Virus record (IMG/VR): IMGVR_UViG_3300044984_002188
Coordinates: 1 to 57,011 of that record
Source of the DNA: a virus
Lineage: Duplodnaviria > Caudoviricetes
Length of the DNA: 57,011 nt
Reading direction: 5' to 3' (one strand)
Notes under the pieces: model-generated
Told to the model about the DNA's origin: nothing
What the model saw: the letters and a program-made list of their open reading frames with translations, nothing else
The model's database searches: none
Shown here: positions 45,438-56,397 of the stretch, in pieces
How the letters are laid out: every line of letters starts with the position of its first letter
Numbering within the stretch: the first letter of the stretch is position 1
Translations under genes and position numbers: made by a program

Positions 45438-47318
45438 TTAGAAGCTTCCACCGTCGATTAAGGTTGCAGAAAGTTCTCCAGTTGCAACATTGTATTCAAG
45501 AGCACCGGCAGGAGAGGCATTGACCAATAGACCTGTACTCGATGATGCTGCTGCAACACCAACAAGGAATATTGTTCCTGTTGTTTGTTCGGTAGCAACT
45601 ATATTGGTGGATGTTGTTGCAGTTGTTGCAGTTAAGGCATTTCCACTAAAAGTATTACCGGTTATAATTCTTGCTGAAAAATCACCAGAACCATCTCTTG
45701 CAACTATGGCACTGACAGTATTTGCAGATGTTGCGGTGGTTGCTGAATTGGAAACTTTACCCGCAGTTGATATTGTAGCAAGGTATGTGTCAGTTATAGC
45801 AGTACCGTTCCAAGTACCACTAGTAATCGTACCAACTTGTGTGAGAGAAGATCCTGTAATACCACTACCAAGAGCAGATGAACTTAATACAGAAGCATTA
45901 TTGATCTTGAATACTTTACCTGTTGGAAGATTCCAATCTTGATTGGATGTCAAATTACTATTGGTACTATCCCATAAAATTGATTTATCTGTTGTACCTT
46001 TAATAATAATACCGCCACCATTTGCAGTAGCATCATCTGGTGTGCCAATCGCAGCCATTTCAATATTTCTATCATCTACTGTGAGTGTGGTACTGTTTAT
46101 TGTTGTAGTAGTACCATTTACTGTAAGATTTCCAGCAACAGTAAGTGCACCAGCAAACGTTGCAGTCCCACCTAAAACACCCATATTCAATGCGGTTGCT
46201 GCACTCGCAAAGTTAACAGTAGTTGCAGTTGTATTAACAAGATCAAAACTTGCACTTGGGGTGGTAAGGCTTGTTGTGATAGCTGGACTTGTTGCAAGAA
46301 CATTTACATTACCAGTACCAGTAACTGCTGTTAGAGTTACTCCAGCGATTCTGAATACGTTTCCTGTATTACCAGTATCATAAGTCTTGTTGGTGAATGT
46401 ATCAGTGGTTGCTTTACCAACAAGAGTATCTGATGCATCCGGTAGAGTTACTGTACGAGCACCTGTTGCAGGTGCAGGTGTTAATGTTATACTATTTGAA
46501 CCACCTATAGGTTGAAATATTACATTGGCGGGACCAACAGCACCAGTGTCTTTTGAACCAAGATAAAGATCACCACCAGTAATTGTAACTAGTTGAGAAC
46601 CTGAGGTTTTAGAATTGCTTACTGTTAAAGATGCTATTGAATTAGATCCAACAGCCGTTGTAGTAGGCGACAAAGACAAATAGCCAGATGGTTGAATAAT
46701 AAGATAGTTTGCTGTTCCACCTGATGTTGTGATAGTGGCTGCAGTCGTTCCCAATATAAGTGTAGGATTTCGTAATGCAATACTACCAGTAGTACCACCC
46801 ATAGTAATACCGGAAGCTGCTAAACCTATGTTTAGTTTGGCGGTACCTGTAGCAAATATATCTCCAACTGCTTTTCCAACTCCAGATACAATATCTCCAT
46901 TAATCGTTAGATTACCCCCTAATTTCAATTCAGCAGTTGTTGGATTATAAGATAAAGGATTAGGAAAATAATCAATACCAAGAGTAACACCTGCACCTGC
47001 GGTACTACCGAATACCAAATATCTGATTGCATCTGAATTATCATTTGCAATGGTAATTACATTACTACCAGAAATCTGACTAGTAATTCTTTGATCAATT
47101 GCAAATTGTGTTGCAAGAGATGTTTTTGCTGCATTATCTGTCCACGATCCAGTAGTTCCAATTTGTGCACCAACCCAGACTGGACTACCACCAGAAATAC
47201 CAACATAGAGTTGATTTGCTGTGAGACCAGTACCTTGAACAAACGCCATTTCACCGAATGAAAGTCCAGCAGGTGGAACTGCAGTTGTTGAACGTTTAAT
47301 TGTAATCTTTGATGCCAT
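45438..47318 (-). CDS. Tail fibre-like protein
   Basis: ITIKRS...LSFGEMA; GNLTVNGTTTTINSTTLTVDD; IDGGSF C-terminus. Confidence 0.8.
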   Translation of the reverse strand: MASKITIKRSTTAVPPAGLSFGEMAFVQGTGLTANQLYVGISGGSPVWVGAQIGTTGSWTDNAAKTSLATQFAIDQRITSQISGSNVITIANDNSDAIRYLVFGSTAGAGVTLGIDYFPNPLSYNPTTAELKLGGNLTINGDIVSGVGKAVGDIFATGTAKLNIGLAASGITMGGTTGSIALRNPTLILGTTAATITTSGGTANYLIIQPSGYLSLSPTTTAVGSNSIASLTVSNSKTSGSQLVTITGGDLYLGSKDTGAVGPANVIFQPIGGSNSITLTPAPATGARTVTLPDASDTLVGKATTDTFTNKTYDTGNTGNVFRIAGVTLTAVTGTGNVNVLATSPAITTSLTTPSASFDLVNTTATTVNFASAATALNMGVLGGTATFAGALTVAGNLTVNGTTTTINSTTLTVDDRNIEMAAIGTPDDATANGGGIIIKGTTDKSILWDSTNSNLTSNQDWNLPTGKVFKINNASVLSSSALGSGITGSSLTQVGTITSGTWNGTAITDTYLATISTAGKVSNSATTATSANTVSAIVARDGSGDFSARIITGNTFSGNALTATTATTSTNIVATEQTTGTIFLVGVAAASSSTGLLVNASPAGALEYNVATGELSATLIDGGSF

Positions 47319-47349
47319 TGTGTATTATTCCTTAAGAATATTTATGATA

Positions 47350-47865
47350 TTAGAACTCTCCACCATCCATGCTCATATCATCAATACTCTCTATTGTATT
47401 ATTGTAAGTAACACCAAATATTCCAGTTTCGGTGACTATTCTACCAGTTACAATTAAATCTCCAATAATTTGAACATTACTAGAAAAAGTTGCACCAGAT
47501 ACACTAATACCACTTGAAAAATTTTGAAGAGGGCCAAATGTATTTGAAGTTCCGGTAGTTACACCGCTAACTGCACCCGTTAATCCATTGAAAGATGTGA
47601 CATATTCTGTTGGTATGCTGCTACTGAAAGCAACAAGATCAATATCAGCAATACCATTGGCATACCAATATTTGTATGATACTCCACCAACAATCAATCT
47701 TACTTCCATTGACTGAAAACGAACAGCACTTGGGATTGCTGCATTTGCTGCAGCAACACCAGCAACAAGAGATACTGCTGTATATGGACCAGACCAAGCA
47801 TCTACCGGTACCGGATTTGTTGGTTGTATACCAAAGGGAAGTTGTAATCCTGGATTAATTGGCAT
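47350..47865 (-). CDS. Tail fibre-associated protein
   Basis: PVDAW...MEV N-terminus; SFNGLTGAV; MDGGEF end. Confidence 0.7.
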   Translation of the reverse strand: MPINPGLQLPFGIQPTNPVPVDAWSGPYTAVSLVAGVAAANAAIPSAVRFQSMEVRLIVGGVSYKYWYANGIADIDLVAFSSSIPTEYVTSFNGLTGAVSGVTTGTSNTFGPLQNFSSGISVSGATFSSNVQIIGDLIVTGRIVTETGIFGVTYNNTIESIDDMSMDGGEF

Positions 47866-47866
47866 G

Positions 47867-49252
47867 TTATGCTCTAGTCACTGAATGTCTATGATTTGTG
47901 CTATAAGTTATTCCCTGCGTCATCGTATAGACATTATATGAAGATGTAATTCCAGCATAGTCTAAAATTCCAGTTAACCCAGAATTCAAAATATATTGAT
48001 CCGTAATATTTGCATTAAGTCCATCAAGATCAATAGCAGAAGTAATACCCAATGTCGATGGAAGTGCAACTGTAAAGTTTTTATATATTGATCCAGTATC
48101 AAGATTAAATGGATTGCTAGGATTGGTTATACTTATATTCAATGCCTTGGAAGGAAGAGAACGAATATTGGCAGAAGTAGTTGGTGCAGATGCAGTTGCA
48201 CCGTAGAAAATATAATTATAATAATTTATGGTACTGGAATTAGTAGTAAGAGAACCAGCAATCGAATCCTGATATGCGTCTGTAACCTTTATACGATACA
48301 CAGCAGAAGAAACTGTATTTGCAGTTGAATGGTTTACTGATCCGGTAGATATTGATGATGGATCTGCTGTAATACCAGTTGCACTTTCAATGCCAGTAAA
48401 TCCCCCTCCATTTTCTTGAACTTGTCGTTGCCAACTTGTAATAGCAACATTTGGACTATTTTTCTCTATTAGAGCACTAATAGTAGATTCAACATTTCCT
48501 TTTTCTCTACTCGTTGATGTTTCTGGACTACTAGTATTTGTTCCGATGACTGTAATTGTTCGTGTTGGTGCAACATATGCAGTTGGAGTTATATTCAGAA
48601 TTGCTTCACCAGTAGCACCAACACTATCTGTTACACGATAACGATAATTGAATGCTTGAGAATTAAACGCACTGTCTGTTAAAGTATGTGTATAACCAGT
48701 GATTCCTATATTTGTAGAAAGAGCAGTATATCCATCAGTATAATTTCTTCTCCAATCTAAAGTCACACCACTTGCTGTTGCACCGAGACTGTTTATAACA
48801 TAAGAAAAATTTAATACATTGCTTATTGCAGTTTGATTAAATGGTATGGTAGTTGAACTTGTCAAAGATACTGTTGGAGACAAAGCAGCAACAAGAGCAT
48901 CTTGAATAACTTCTACGGCAGTTTTTCCAATTGCAGGAATTATATCACCTTGAACATATTTACCAAAAAACTTTCCAGATCCAAAGGCAGCAATAAGGTC
49001 AGCATCAAAAACATCTACGGATCCACTAGCACCCCCAGAAGACGCAATAGTAATAGTATTGCCAAATGGAGTTAAAGTAATATTTGAACCAGCAGCAAGA
49101 GTTACGCCACCAGAAAGTCCGTTTAATGATCGTACAACAGTGCCAGTATTAGTGTTATAAACATTCCAAGCACTACCATTCCATTGCCATGAATAAATAC
49201 CAGAAGTATATAATTCATTTATTTCTGGTAATGGAGGAAAATCTAATGCCAC
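47867..49252 (-). CDS. Tail fibre/adhesin-like protein
   Basis: MALDFPPLP...WQWNGSAW module; Ig-like T/S-rich body. Confidence 0.7.
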   Translation of the reverse strand: MALDFPPLPEINELYTSGIYSWQWNGSAWNVYNTNTGTVVRSLNGLSGGVTLAAGSNITLTPFGNTITIASSGGASGSVDVFDADLIAAFGSGKFFGKYVQGDIIPAIGKTAVEVIQDALVAALSPTVSLTSSTTIPFNQTAISNVLNFSYVINSLGATASGVTLDWRRNYTDGYTALSTNIGITGYTHTLTDSAFNSQAFNYRYRVTDSVGATGEAILNITPTAYVAPTRTITVIGTNTSSPETSTSREKGNVESTISALIEKNSPNVAITSWQRQVQENGGGFTGIESATGITADPSSISTGSVNHSTANTVSSAVYRIKVTDAYQDSIAGSLTTNSSTINYYNYIFYGATASAPTTSANIRSLPSKALNISITNPSNPFNLDTGSIYKNFTVALPSTLGITSAIDLDGLNANITDQYILNSGLTGILDYAGITSSYNVYTMTQGITYSTNHRHSVTRA

Positions 49253-49274
49253 GTTTTAATATTTATGTCAGATT

Positions 49275-49577
49275 TTAAACGTCTGTTGATCCAACAAACT
49301 CACTATTGGGAATTGACTTTGTAAAGTCATATGCAGATTTTACCTCATTCATTCCCGCAGCATCAATGACAGCAGGTGCAAACCACACATCAAAATCAAA
49401 CACAGTGATGGTTCTTTCATCAAGAGGAACCTTATTGTCTATTCTTGCTTGTTCAGAAACATAGCCATCTAAAATAACTGTACCTGTCTTGGCGGTATGA
49501 TTCAAACTCAGAGTACGAATCTTCCAATATTGCGAATAGGTTCCTGTAGGATGTTGAATAATTTGTTGTAGTGCCAT
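49275..49577 (-). CDS. Tail fibre assembly-type small protein
   Basis: MALQ...AYDFTKSIPNSEFVGSTDV pattern typical of genes next to fibres. Confidence 0.6.
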   Translation of the reverse strand: MALQQIIQHPTGTYSQYWKIRTLSLNHTAKTGTVILDGYVSEQARIDNKVPLDERTITVFDFDVWFAPAVIDAAGMNEVKSAYDFTKSIPNSEFVGSTDV

Positions 49578-49897
49578 TATGTTGACTCCAATACTGATAC
49601 GATGATATCAAGTCCCGCAGTTAATCCTGCTGTAACTTTGAGTGTGTCTCCTGTTACGAGTGGAATTGGTGCATCAAGTGCTTGGTATGTTGCTTGAATT
49701 GGAACTGCTGCTGCACGAACAATGTAGTATGCTGTTGCTCCCTTGAACAACTGAACAGATACACTATTGGCTAGTGTGGTGTTGCTATTGGCAACATGAA
49801 TAGCATTCACTATTGCAGTTCCTGTGATTCCTGCATAGATTGTTGTGGCTGCTGTGACACCGACTGAAGTTGCGTAATTTGTGTATATGTCTGGCAT
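49577..49897 (-). CDS. Small beta-sandwich structural protein
   Basis: IVNAIHVAN...LVTGDTLKV...SVLE; TATAAATA at 49913. Confidence 0.65.
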   Translation of the reverse strand: MPDIYTNYATSVGVTAATTIYAGITGTAIVNAIHVANSNTTLANSVSVQLFKGATAYYIVRAAAVPIQATYQALDAPIPLVTGDTLKVTAGLTAGLDIIVSVLEST

Positions 49898-49915
49898 TAG
49901 TATTTCCTTTAGTAT

Positions 49916-50860
49916 TTATAGTCCGAAACGATCCTTAATGGCGTTGTAATTTTGTGCAACTTGTGTTGCAGAGAATGCAACACCACTATAGATTCTAACC
50001 AATCCAATACTGGCATCAATGTATTGAGTAGAACTATCTGCTCTTCTTCCAATTTCTACTGTTTTTGGATTTGTTATGCTTAAAGTTCCAGACCCAGTAA
50101 CAGCCGAAGAAACATTGTTGATATAAACTGCTTGTGGAATTCCGCTACTAACTGAAACAATTAGATGTCCCCATGCTCCAGTTGTAGTAAATGCTGTTGT
50201 TGTGTCATAAAAATTAGTACCATTAAATGCAAATCTAATTGGATTTATTCCTTCACCTGGTCTTTGGAAAAGCCACCCACCAGAAATAAATCCACCATAA
50301 GAAAATATTGTATAATATGATGCTGTGGAAAGAACATCAAACTTAATAACTGTTTCAAAAGTAAAGGTATTGCTAGTCATAAAAGATTTACTACCTAAAC
50401 TAACATAATCATTAGTACCATCAAAACCAATAGACCCACCATTTGCACTACTATAAGTTGGTCCATTTGTAAGTGTTCCATTATTACCATTACCACTCAA
50501 GTCTGTCCAAGCAGTTCCAGTTCCTGGATAACTAGCAGCATCTCCTGCATCAAGGTTGAGAACTAAACCCGCTGTAATAATACCAAACCCAAACTCTCCT
50601 AAATCTCTCTCAATGAAATGCTTCAACATAGGAATAGTTCCTGCCTTTGTACGGCGTTGATCTGTTGTTCCATTGTAACCAGAGTTTAATCCAAATCCAC
50701 GTTTAGGAATTAGAAGATTCTGCTTTGCCCAGATATTACTTTTTTGTATTCCTGTTTCTTGACGCACACCAACCCATGAAGAACCATCCCATGCCCACAC
50801 CTTTCCTTCGTAGGTGTATTCTTGGTTTACTGATGGAGATGGTGGAAATTGTATTGGCAT
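49916..50860 (-). CDS. LamG/concanavalin A-like domain protein
   Basis: GLVLNLDAG..SYPGTG..WTDLSGNGNNGTLTNGP...QNYNAIKDRFGL; start at MPIQFPP. Confidence 0.85.
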   Translation of the reverse strand: MPIQFPPSPSVNQEYTYEGKVWAWDGSSWVGVRQETGIQKSNIWAKQNLLIPKRGFGLNSGYNGTTDQRRTKAGTIPMLKHFIERDLGEFGFGIITAGLVLNLDAGDAASYPGTGTAWTDLSGNGNNGTLTNGPTYSSANGGSIGFDGTNDYVSLGSKSFMTSNTFTFETVIKFDVLSTASYYTIFSYGGFISGGWLFQRPGEGINPIRFAFNGTNFYDTTTAFTTTGAWGHLIVSVSSGIPQAVYINNVSSAVTGSGTLSITNPKTVEIGRRADSSTQYIDASIGLVRIYSGVAFSATQVAQNYNAIKDRFGL

Positions 50861-51732
50861 TATATTTGTGGTGCTGAGTATTTGTATGGGTGATCTATAG
50901 GAAGACTTGCTTGCAGTCCCCATTTCCATGCAAGATAGCCTTCTATTTTTTGTCTTGTGGTGGTATCTGTGGTTTCCACCATAATTATTTCTCCTATTAC
51001 TCCATGCGCTCTTCTTGATACAAAATACTGCCCTCCAATAGAATAACCAATATTAGTAGTGTCTGGTGTCGAAATAGTGTTAGTAGTGCTTTCTATTGTT
51101 CCATTTCTCCACACACCCCATCCTGTAGTATTACTTTGAAATGCCATTACATTTCCTGTACTACTTGAATATACTGTTCCTGCTGACAGATCATAATTTC
51201 CTAATCCAGGGCCTTGGTAGTAAGGATAAGATGCACCAAAATTATTACTATTTTTTATATAGTGCAATGCACCTCGGTCTGTTCCTGTTCCTGCAGACGC
51301 TCTTATACCAATAGCGGGTCTATAAACATCTGCACCAGTTCCTGCACCACTTCTTGAAAAAACCCAATACACTCCATGTGTTTGGTTTCTCATGGCTATA
51401 GTAGAAATATTCATTATGTCATCTACACCATCAAATAAAACTCCTGGCAACGAACCAGGAAAAGCAGTGGCAGAGTACGATGGTTGTAGTGTTGTGGTGG
51501 CTTGAGTTGCGTTTACTGCATTTCCAGTTTTATCTGCCCATGTTGCAACACCTGTTGCAATAGTGATTGTACTAGAGTCTGCTGCATCTAACCAAAAGAC
51601 AGTAGAAATGTTTGCAGGTGTCCAACCCAAATCTCTTTCCATGTAATGCTTCAGACTAGGAATGGTTCCTGCCTTTGTACGGCGTTGATCTGTGTTGCCG
51701 CAGTATCCTGAATTAAGTCGCCATCTTCTCAT
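50860..51732 (-). CDS. LamG-like lectin domain protein
   Basis: WTPA...WLDAAD...FDGVDD...IEGYLAWKWGL. Confidence 0.8.
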   Translation of the reverse strand: MRRWRLNSGYCGNTDQRRTKAGTIPSLKHYMERDLGWTPANISTVFWLDAADSSTITIATGVATWADKTGNAVNATQATTTLQPSYSATAFPGSLPGVLFDGVDDIMNISTIAMRNQTHGVYWVFSRSGAGTGADVYRPAIGIRASAGTGTDRGALHYIKNSNNFGASYPYYQGPGLGNYDLSAGTVYSSSTGNVMAFQSNTTGWGVWRNGTIESTTNTISTPDTTNIGYSIGGQYFVSRRAHGVIGEIIMVETTDTTTRQKIEGYLAWKWGLQASLPIDHPYKYSAPQI

Positions 51733-52862
51733 GATAAGAACCACCCTCTCTTGAAGTCTACGATGTATTGAACTGTACCTGTGAGTCCATTGACGGAATT
51801 TACAATATTTGTTGGAGTTGCTCCTGTAGCACCTGTTGCTCCCCGTTCGGATGTCAAGGGAACTGCTATAAACTTCATAAACTCAACAGTGATATTCTTT
51901 GCGGCAGTTTTGTTCTGCACAATAAAGAAGATACGATCATCCGTCTCAAGATCAACTATTGTCTGAATAGCACCCGCAACTGGTTTAGATGCTGATGAAC
52001 AGTCAACATAGATTTCTGATTCCGAGATTCTGTCAGCATCCGCACTCAGACCACTAGCAGGATCTGTGTTCTTTCCGATGTAGAATCCGCAAGTGTTGTT
52101 ACTAACTTCGCTAAAAAAGTCGAAGGTTGCTATAGCATGGAATCTTCCACTAGTACCTGTATATTTTAAAGAGTTGGTCGAGGGATCTTTGATAAAATTG
52201 TATAAGGCTCCTGTCTGTATAGTTCCCGAAACAACCTGACGCTGGTTGATTACGGAAATTACTGTCTCGACAGCATTATTTTTCAAATACATCACACCTA
52301 CATCGTTGTTACCAGCAACACCTGAACCTGCGGTACCTGTTGCACCTTGAGAACCTGTTGCACCAGTATTACCTTGAGAACCTGTTGCACCAGTATTACC
52401 TTGAGAACCTGTTGCACCAGTATTACCTTGAGAACCTGTTGCACCAGTATTACCTTGAGAACCTGTTGCTCCTGTAGCACCTGTAGCACCTGTTGCACCT
52501 GTTGCACCATTTGTTCCATTAGCACCTGTCGCTCCTTGAGGACCAAAAGGTTCAACCCAATAGGAAGATGTTCCGTCTGTAATATAAACAAATATATTTC
52601 CGCTTGTGGTGTTGAACCACATATCACCGTATGTGGCTCCTGCAGGTGCTGTGGTTGATGAGGTGAAACTTATTGCACCTGTGATACCTTGAGGACCTGT
52701 TGGACCAGTAGGACCTGCTGGTCCTGTCGCACCAGTTGCACCAATAGTACCACTGCCACCTGAAGAATAAATATCCCAAGCAATACCATTCCATTGCCAA
52801 GAACGACCACCGAATGTGTATATTTCGTTTAGTGCTGGTGTTGAAGGAAAATCTATTGCCAT
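51729..52862 (-). CDS. Collagen-like tail fibre protein
   Basis: MAIDFP module; Gly-X-Y runs; TATAAATA at 52868. Confidence 0.85.
   Translation of the reverse strand: MAIDFPSTPALNEIYTFGGRSWQWNGIAWDIYSSGGSGTIGATGATGPAGPTGPTGPQGITGAISFTSSTTAPAGATYGDMWFNTTSGNIFVYITDGTSSYWVEPFGPQGATGANGTNGATGATGATGATGATGSQGNTGATGSQGNTGATGSQGNTGATGSQGNTGATGSQGATGTAGSGVAGNNDVGVMYLKNNAVETVISVINQRQVVSGTIQTGALYNFIKDPSTNSLKYTGTSGRFHAIATFDFFSEVSNNTCGFYIGKNTDPASGLSADADRISESEIYVDCSSASKPVAGAIQTIVDLETDDRIFFIVQNKTAAKNITVEFMKFIAVPLTSERGATGATGATPTNIVNSVNGLTGTVQYIVDFKRGWFLS
52335..52470 (-). repeat. 27-nt coding tandem repeat (SQGNTGATG, about 4.5 copies)
   Basis: ccttgagaacctgttgcaccagtatta repeated. Confidence 0.9.
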
Positions 52863-52877
52863 GTGTTTATTTTATAC

Positions 52878-55754
52878 TTACCAGAACCTGAGAGTTCGCC
52901 ACATTTCCTGTCCGTTATGACGCATGATATAAAGATATTTTAAACCATCAGCAGTAGTTACAATTTCCATACGACTACCAATAATTGCAGAACCTTGTAC
53001 ATAAGGCGTTGTAGTTTCACCATTCATTTGGAATGTCTGCAAGTCTATTGAATACACTCTTCCTGTTGCGTCTTTAGTAAAGAAGTATGTGTCTTCGCCA
53101 TCATAAACAAACATTGATCCAGTTGTGAGTGTAACTGTTTGTGGTGTGAATACAGGAGAGACATCCCATGTATTTGAAGGAATATCATAGATATCAAATC
53201 CGTTACTTATACCACCACGATTTGAGATCAACCATCTTCCTGCCTTAGCAGTATCAGCAATACCATACAACCATGTTACATTTGTTCCTGTTGAACGAGC
53301 AGCAATCTCATAAATTACATAGACCGAGGTTGTATCGGTAGTTACAGCAGATGCAAGAGTCATTACTGTAGCACTATTAGAGTTAATAGTAATTTCGTTT
53401 CCTATACCTGTACCTGCAACAATTCTTACACGCTTACCTGCAAGAATATTTGTTGTCCAGTTTTTATTAGCATCGGTAATAGTTGTAGATGCACCACCCG
53501 TAGTCACAACACCAAACGCATCTAAAATCTCATACTTTGTAGTTGCATCAGGTGTTGCAACACCCCATGATGCTACAGTAAGAGTAGTGGCTGTATTTGA
53601 TGTAATTGTAGATTCGTTGCCGATTCCCGTTCCAGAAACAACTCGTACTTTACAGTTTAGCCACTGATTATTATTCCAATTTTTAGTGGAGTCAACAAGA
53701 GTTGTAGCAGTTCCAGATGTTGCCCAACCGTTTCTTTGTTTGTTCAATACCTTATTTGTTTGCATAGAACCAAAACAATTAATTTCTTGAACTACATAAC
53801 GGCTTGTTCCGTTTACTGCTGCTGTAATAGTAGGAACTGTAATTGTTGTAGCAGTATTTGAAGTAATTCTTCTACTCTGTATTGTTGGAGTAATACCAAA
53901 AGTCTGAATATGAACAATCTTTCCTGTATGTTCATTGGTATCCCATGTAGCACTAGCATCTACAAGTACAGTCGTAGATTGTGAACTTGCAGCAGTTGGT
54001 GATGCCGCAGCCGCAGCATTTGCAGCAATTGAGAAAGTAGTTGATGAACCTATTCCAATAGTTGCAAACACTGCATTAAAGGTAGTTTCTGTGGCACATC
54101 CCGCGATAGTTACGGATTCACCATGACGGAAATCATGATTTGTGGCAGTTGTAACAACTGCACTTTTTCCAGTAGTTACAGTTAAAGTTAATGATGTACC
54201 ACTACCACCTGTAGTAGCACTACTGGTAATAGCAGCATAATTGATACCACTATTTGCAAGTTGAACAGAAGTAACAGCACCACCTGTTGTTACCCCTGTC
54301 ACATAAGCAGTAGCAAGAGTTCCTGTTGTAGAAAGAGTAACAAGATCACCGACAACATAATTTGTTCCTGCTGCATTCACTGCAACCGTTAAGATACCAG
54401 TGGCGTTATATACAATACCAGATATCGCATACCCTTCATGTGGTGCTCCATATGTTGTACCAGCATATGGGGTTGCAGAAATATTTCTAGCAATTCCCGT
54501 ATCACTCACATGACCATTAGACCAAATATCTGCTTCTACTCCATATTGAAACAGTGCAGAACTTGCATTTCCCGACAACCATACTTTATCAGTATCTCCA
54601 TATATTGCATATTGTGAAGTTGCATCAGGTGTGATATCCCATTTTCTAGCAATCCACATGGTTGTATCATTGTGTCCAACGATTCTTCTTCGTTGTCCAA
54701 TACCAGTGCCACTTGTAATACGAACCTGATAATTTGCATAACGATCATAATCCATCGTTGCACCACTATTTACTAGTGTTCGTGAGGTTGCAGACGATGC
54801 AGTGAGTCCACTGACATATGCACCTGCGGCTTCACCTGTTCGATCTATAGAAAAATCAGTTCCCAGTGCAGCAGTTAGGTGACCACCAATAGGTGTCTTA
54901 GTCATCCATGTATCGGTTAAAATATCATAAAATTGCATGGAAGAAAACGGAGTTGCTGATGCAGATGAAGTTAACCACAAACCACCAGCAAGAATCATAT
55001 AAACAGAACTTTCGTCTGGTGTTACAGTCCATGCAGTATCTACAGTTAATACCGATGATTCAATGACATAGTGTGCCTGTGATCCTGTTGTTGTTACAGG
55101 AACAGCATATGGAGTAACAGCAGAAAATCCCGTATTGTTGAAGGAATCGATTGCTTGAAAATTGGTATCCATGAAAGTCAATGAAGTCGTATCATTATAA
55201 GAAATTCTACGAATTTGAGTCTGTCCTGTATTATAAACTAAACGACATTGATATCCATCCCATTGGTTGACTCTCCACTTCTTTGTAGAGTCTGCAATAG
55301 ATACGAGTGCTGTAGTATTTGTAAATGCAGTAATAACACCAAAGTCTGCTATTTCTGCATCTGCCAGTTCAGTAATGGTTCGTTCTTGTCCTGCCCCTTT
55401 ACCTGCAATAATACGAATTTTAATATTATCAGGAAGATGCGAATGGCGACTGAATCCTGCTACAGTAATAGTAGTAGACGATGCTGCAACAGCATGACCA
55501 CGATATCCAGAGTATGCTGAATATTTCAGACTCACTGCTGTAAGTGGTGGGATATTGGGACCAGCACACTCTTGCCATGTATCAGCATAGGTGTCATATC
55601 TCCACATTGCTGGACCAACAAGATAGTACATATATCGTGCAGAAAGATCACTTGAAGCAAGGTTAGAAATTGAAGAAGTTAGTGCTGGAGCAAACCGCAT
55701 CCATTCAAATACTGGTAGATCTACTTGTGTTTTTAATAAATTTGTTACTGCCAT
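52878..55754 (-). CDS. Large tail/adhesin protein with internal repeats
   Basis: 958 aa; repeated L.D..K.W..N......VRI..GTG.G..R.I..N..T modules inside a Kelch-like frame. Confidence 0.75.
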   Translation of the reverse strand: MAVTNLLKTQVDLPVFEWMRFAPALTSSISNLASSDLSARYMYYLVGPAMWRYDTYADTWQECAGPNIPPLTAVSLKYSAYSGYRGHAVAASSTTITVAGFSRHSHLPDNIKIRIIAGKGAGQERTITELADAEIADFGVITAFTNTTALVSIADSTKKWRVNQWDGYQCRLVYNTGQTQIRRISYNDTTSLTFMDTNFQAIDSFNNTGFSAVTPYAVPVTTTGSQAHYVIESSVLTVDTAWTVTPDESSVYMILAGGLWLTSSASATPFSSMQFYDILTDTWMTKTPIGGHLTAALGTDFSIDRTGEAAGAYVSGLTASSATSRTLVNSGATMDYDRYANYQVRITSGTGIGQRRRIVGHNDTTMWIARKWDITPDATSQYAIYGDTDKVWLSGNASSALFQYGVEADIWSNGHVSDTGIARNISATPYAGTTYGAPHEGYAISGIVYNATGILTVAVNAAGTNYVVGDLVTLSTTGTLATAYVTGVTTGGAVTSVQLANSGINYAAITSSATTGGSGTSLTLTVTTGKSAVVTTATNHDFRHGESVTIAGCATETTFNAVFATIGIGSSTTFSIAANAAAAASPTAASSQSTTVLVDASATWDTNEHTGKIVHIQTFGITPTIQSRRITSNTATTITVPTITAAVNGTSRYVVQEINCFGSMQTNKVLNKQRNGWATSGTATTLVDSTKNWNNNQWLNCKVRVVSGTGIGNESTITSNTATTLTVASWGVATPDATTKYEILDAFGVVTTGGASTTITDANKNWTTNILAGKRVRIVAGTGIGNEITINSNSATVMTLASAVTTDTTSVYVIYEIAARSTGTNVTWLYGIADTAKAGRWLISNRGGISNGFDIYDIPSNTWDVSPVFTPQTVTLTTGSMFVYDGEDTYFFTKDATGRVYSIDLQTFQMNGETTTPYVQGSAIIGSRMEIVTTADGLKYLYIMRHNGQEMWRTLRFW

Positions 55755-55766
55755 ATATTTCCTTAA

Positions 55767-56381
55767 TTATGTAAATGAAAGTTTGGATCGAATTGCGGAT
55801 GCATAACATGCTTGAGCGTCATTGGCTACACGCCATAATTGATGAACAGGTCCTTCCAAGATTGATGCCGTAGTTACAGTACTCAAAACATATGGATTTG
55901 CTGATTGTGCTGCCATATTTTGACTTCCTATTTGATTACTTACATTAACTGTTCCCGAAACAGGAATAGTTGCATTAAGTTCAGTTGGGTTGGATGAATT
56001 GTTTGCGCCAATTGCTTCAATCGTAACTCTTTGTCGAAGTTTGCTATCTACAACAGCATTGCTTTCAAGCAATTTATTCATACGGCGAAGAAGAGTAGCA
56101 AGACTCTCTTCATAACTCTCAACATCAATGTAAATTTGCAGAACATCAGATGCATTCATGGATGCTGTATTATAATCTAAAGTCAGCACATTGCTAGCAA
56201 AACTTACCGCACCATTTGTAGAATCTGCAAAATTATAAATTATTGTGTTTGCAGTGGTATTGGTAATAAGAAGAATATTGGCTAATGTAATGGTATATTG
56301 AAGACCTGTAAAAGTTACGGTCTTGGCTGCTGGATCAAAGATGTATCCACCTACTATATCTGTTCCGACTAATCTTTTCAT
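55767..56381 (-). CDS. Putative structural protein
   Basis: YIFDPAAKTV...ILLITNTT..IIYNFAD...LQIYID; TATAAATA at 56395. Confidence 0.7.
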   Translation of the reverse strand: MKRLVGTDIVGGYIFDPAAKTVTFTGLQYTITLANILLITNTTANTIIYNFADSTNGAVSFASNVLTLDYNTASMNASDVLQIYIDVESYEESLATLLRRMNKLLESNAVVDSKLRQRVTIEAIGANNSSNPTELNATIPVSGTVNVSNQIGSQNMAAQSANPYVLSTVTTASILEGPVHQLWRVANDAQACYASAIRSKLSFT

Positions 56382-56397
56382 TTGTGTTCCTCTCTAT

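Noticed and set aside
49916-51732. Diversity-generating retroelement template/variable repeat pair
   Set aside because: No reverse transcriptase in the window; the duplication is N-terminal, coding in both copies and not adenine-specific
44301-55520. Many + strand ORFs in the tail region (and similar ones over the replication genes)
   Set aside because: Antisense shadows of long - strand genes with no promoter or motif support
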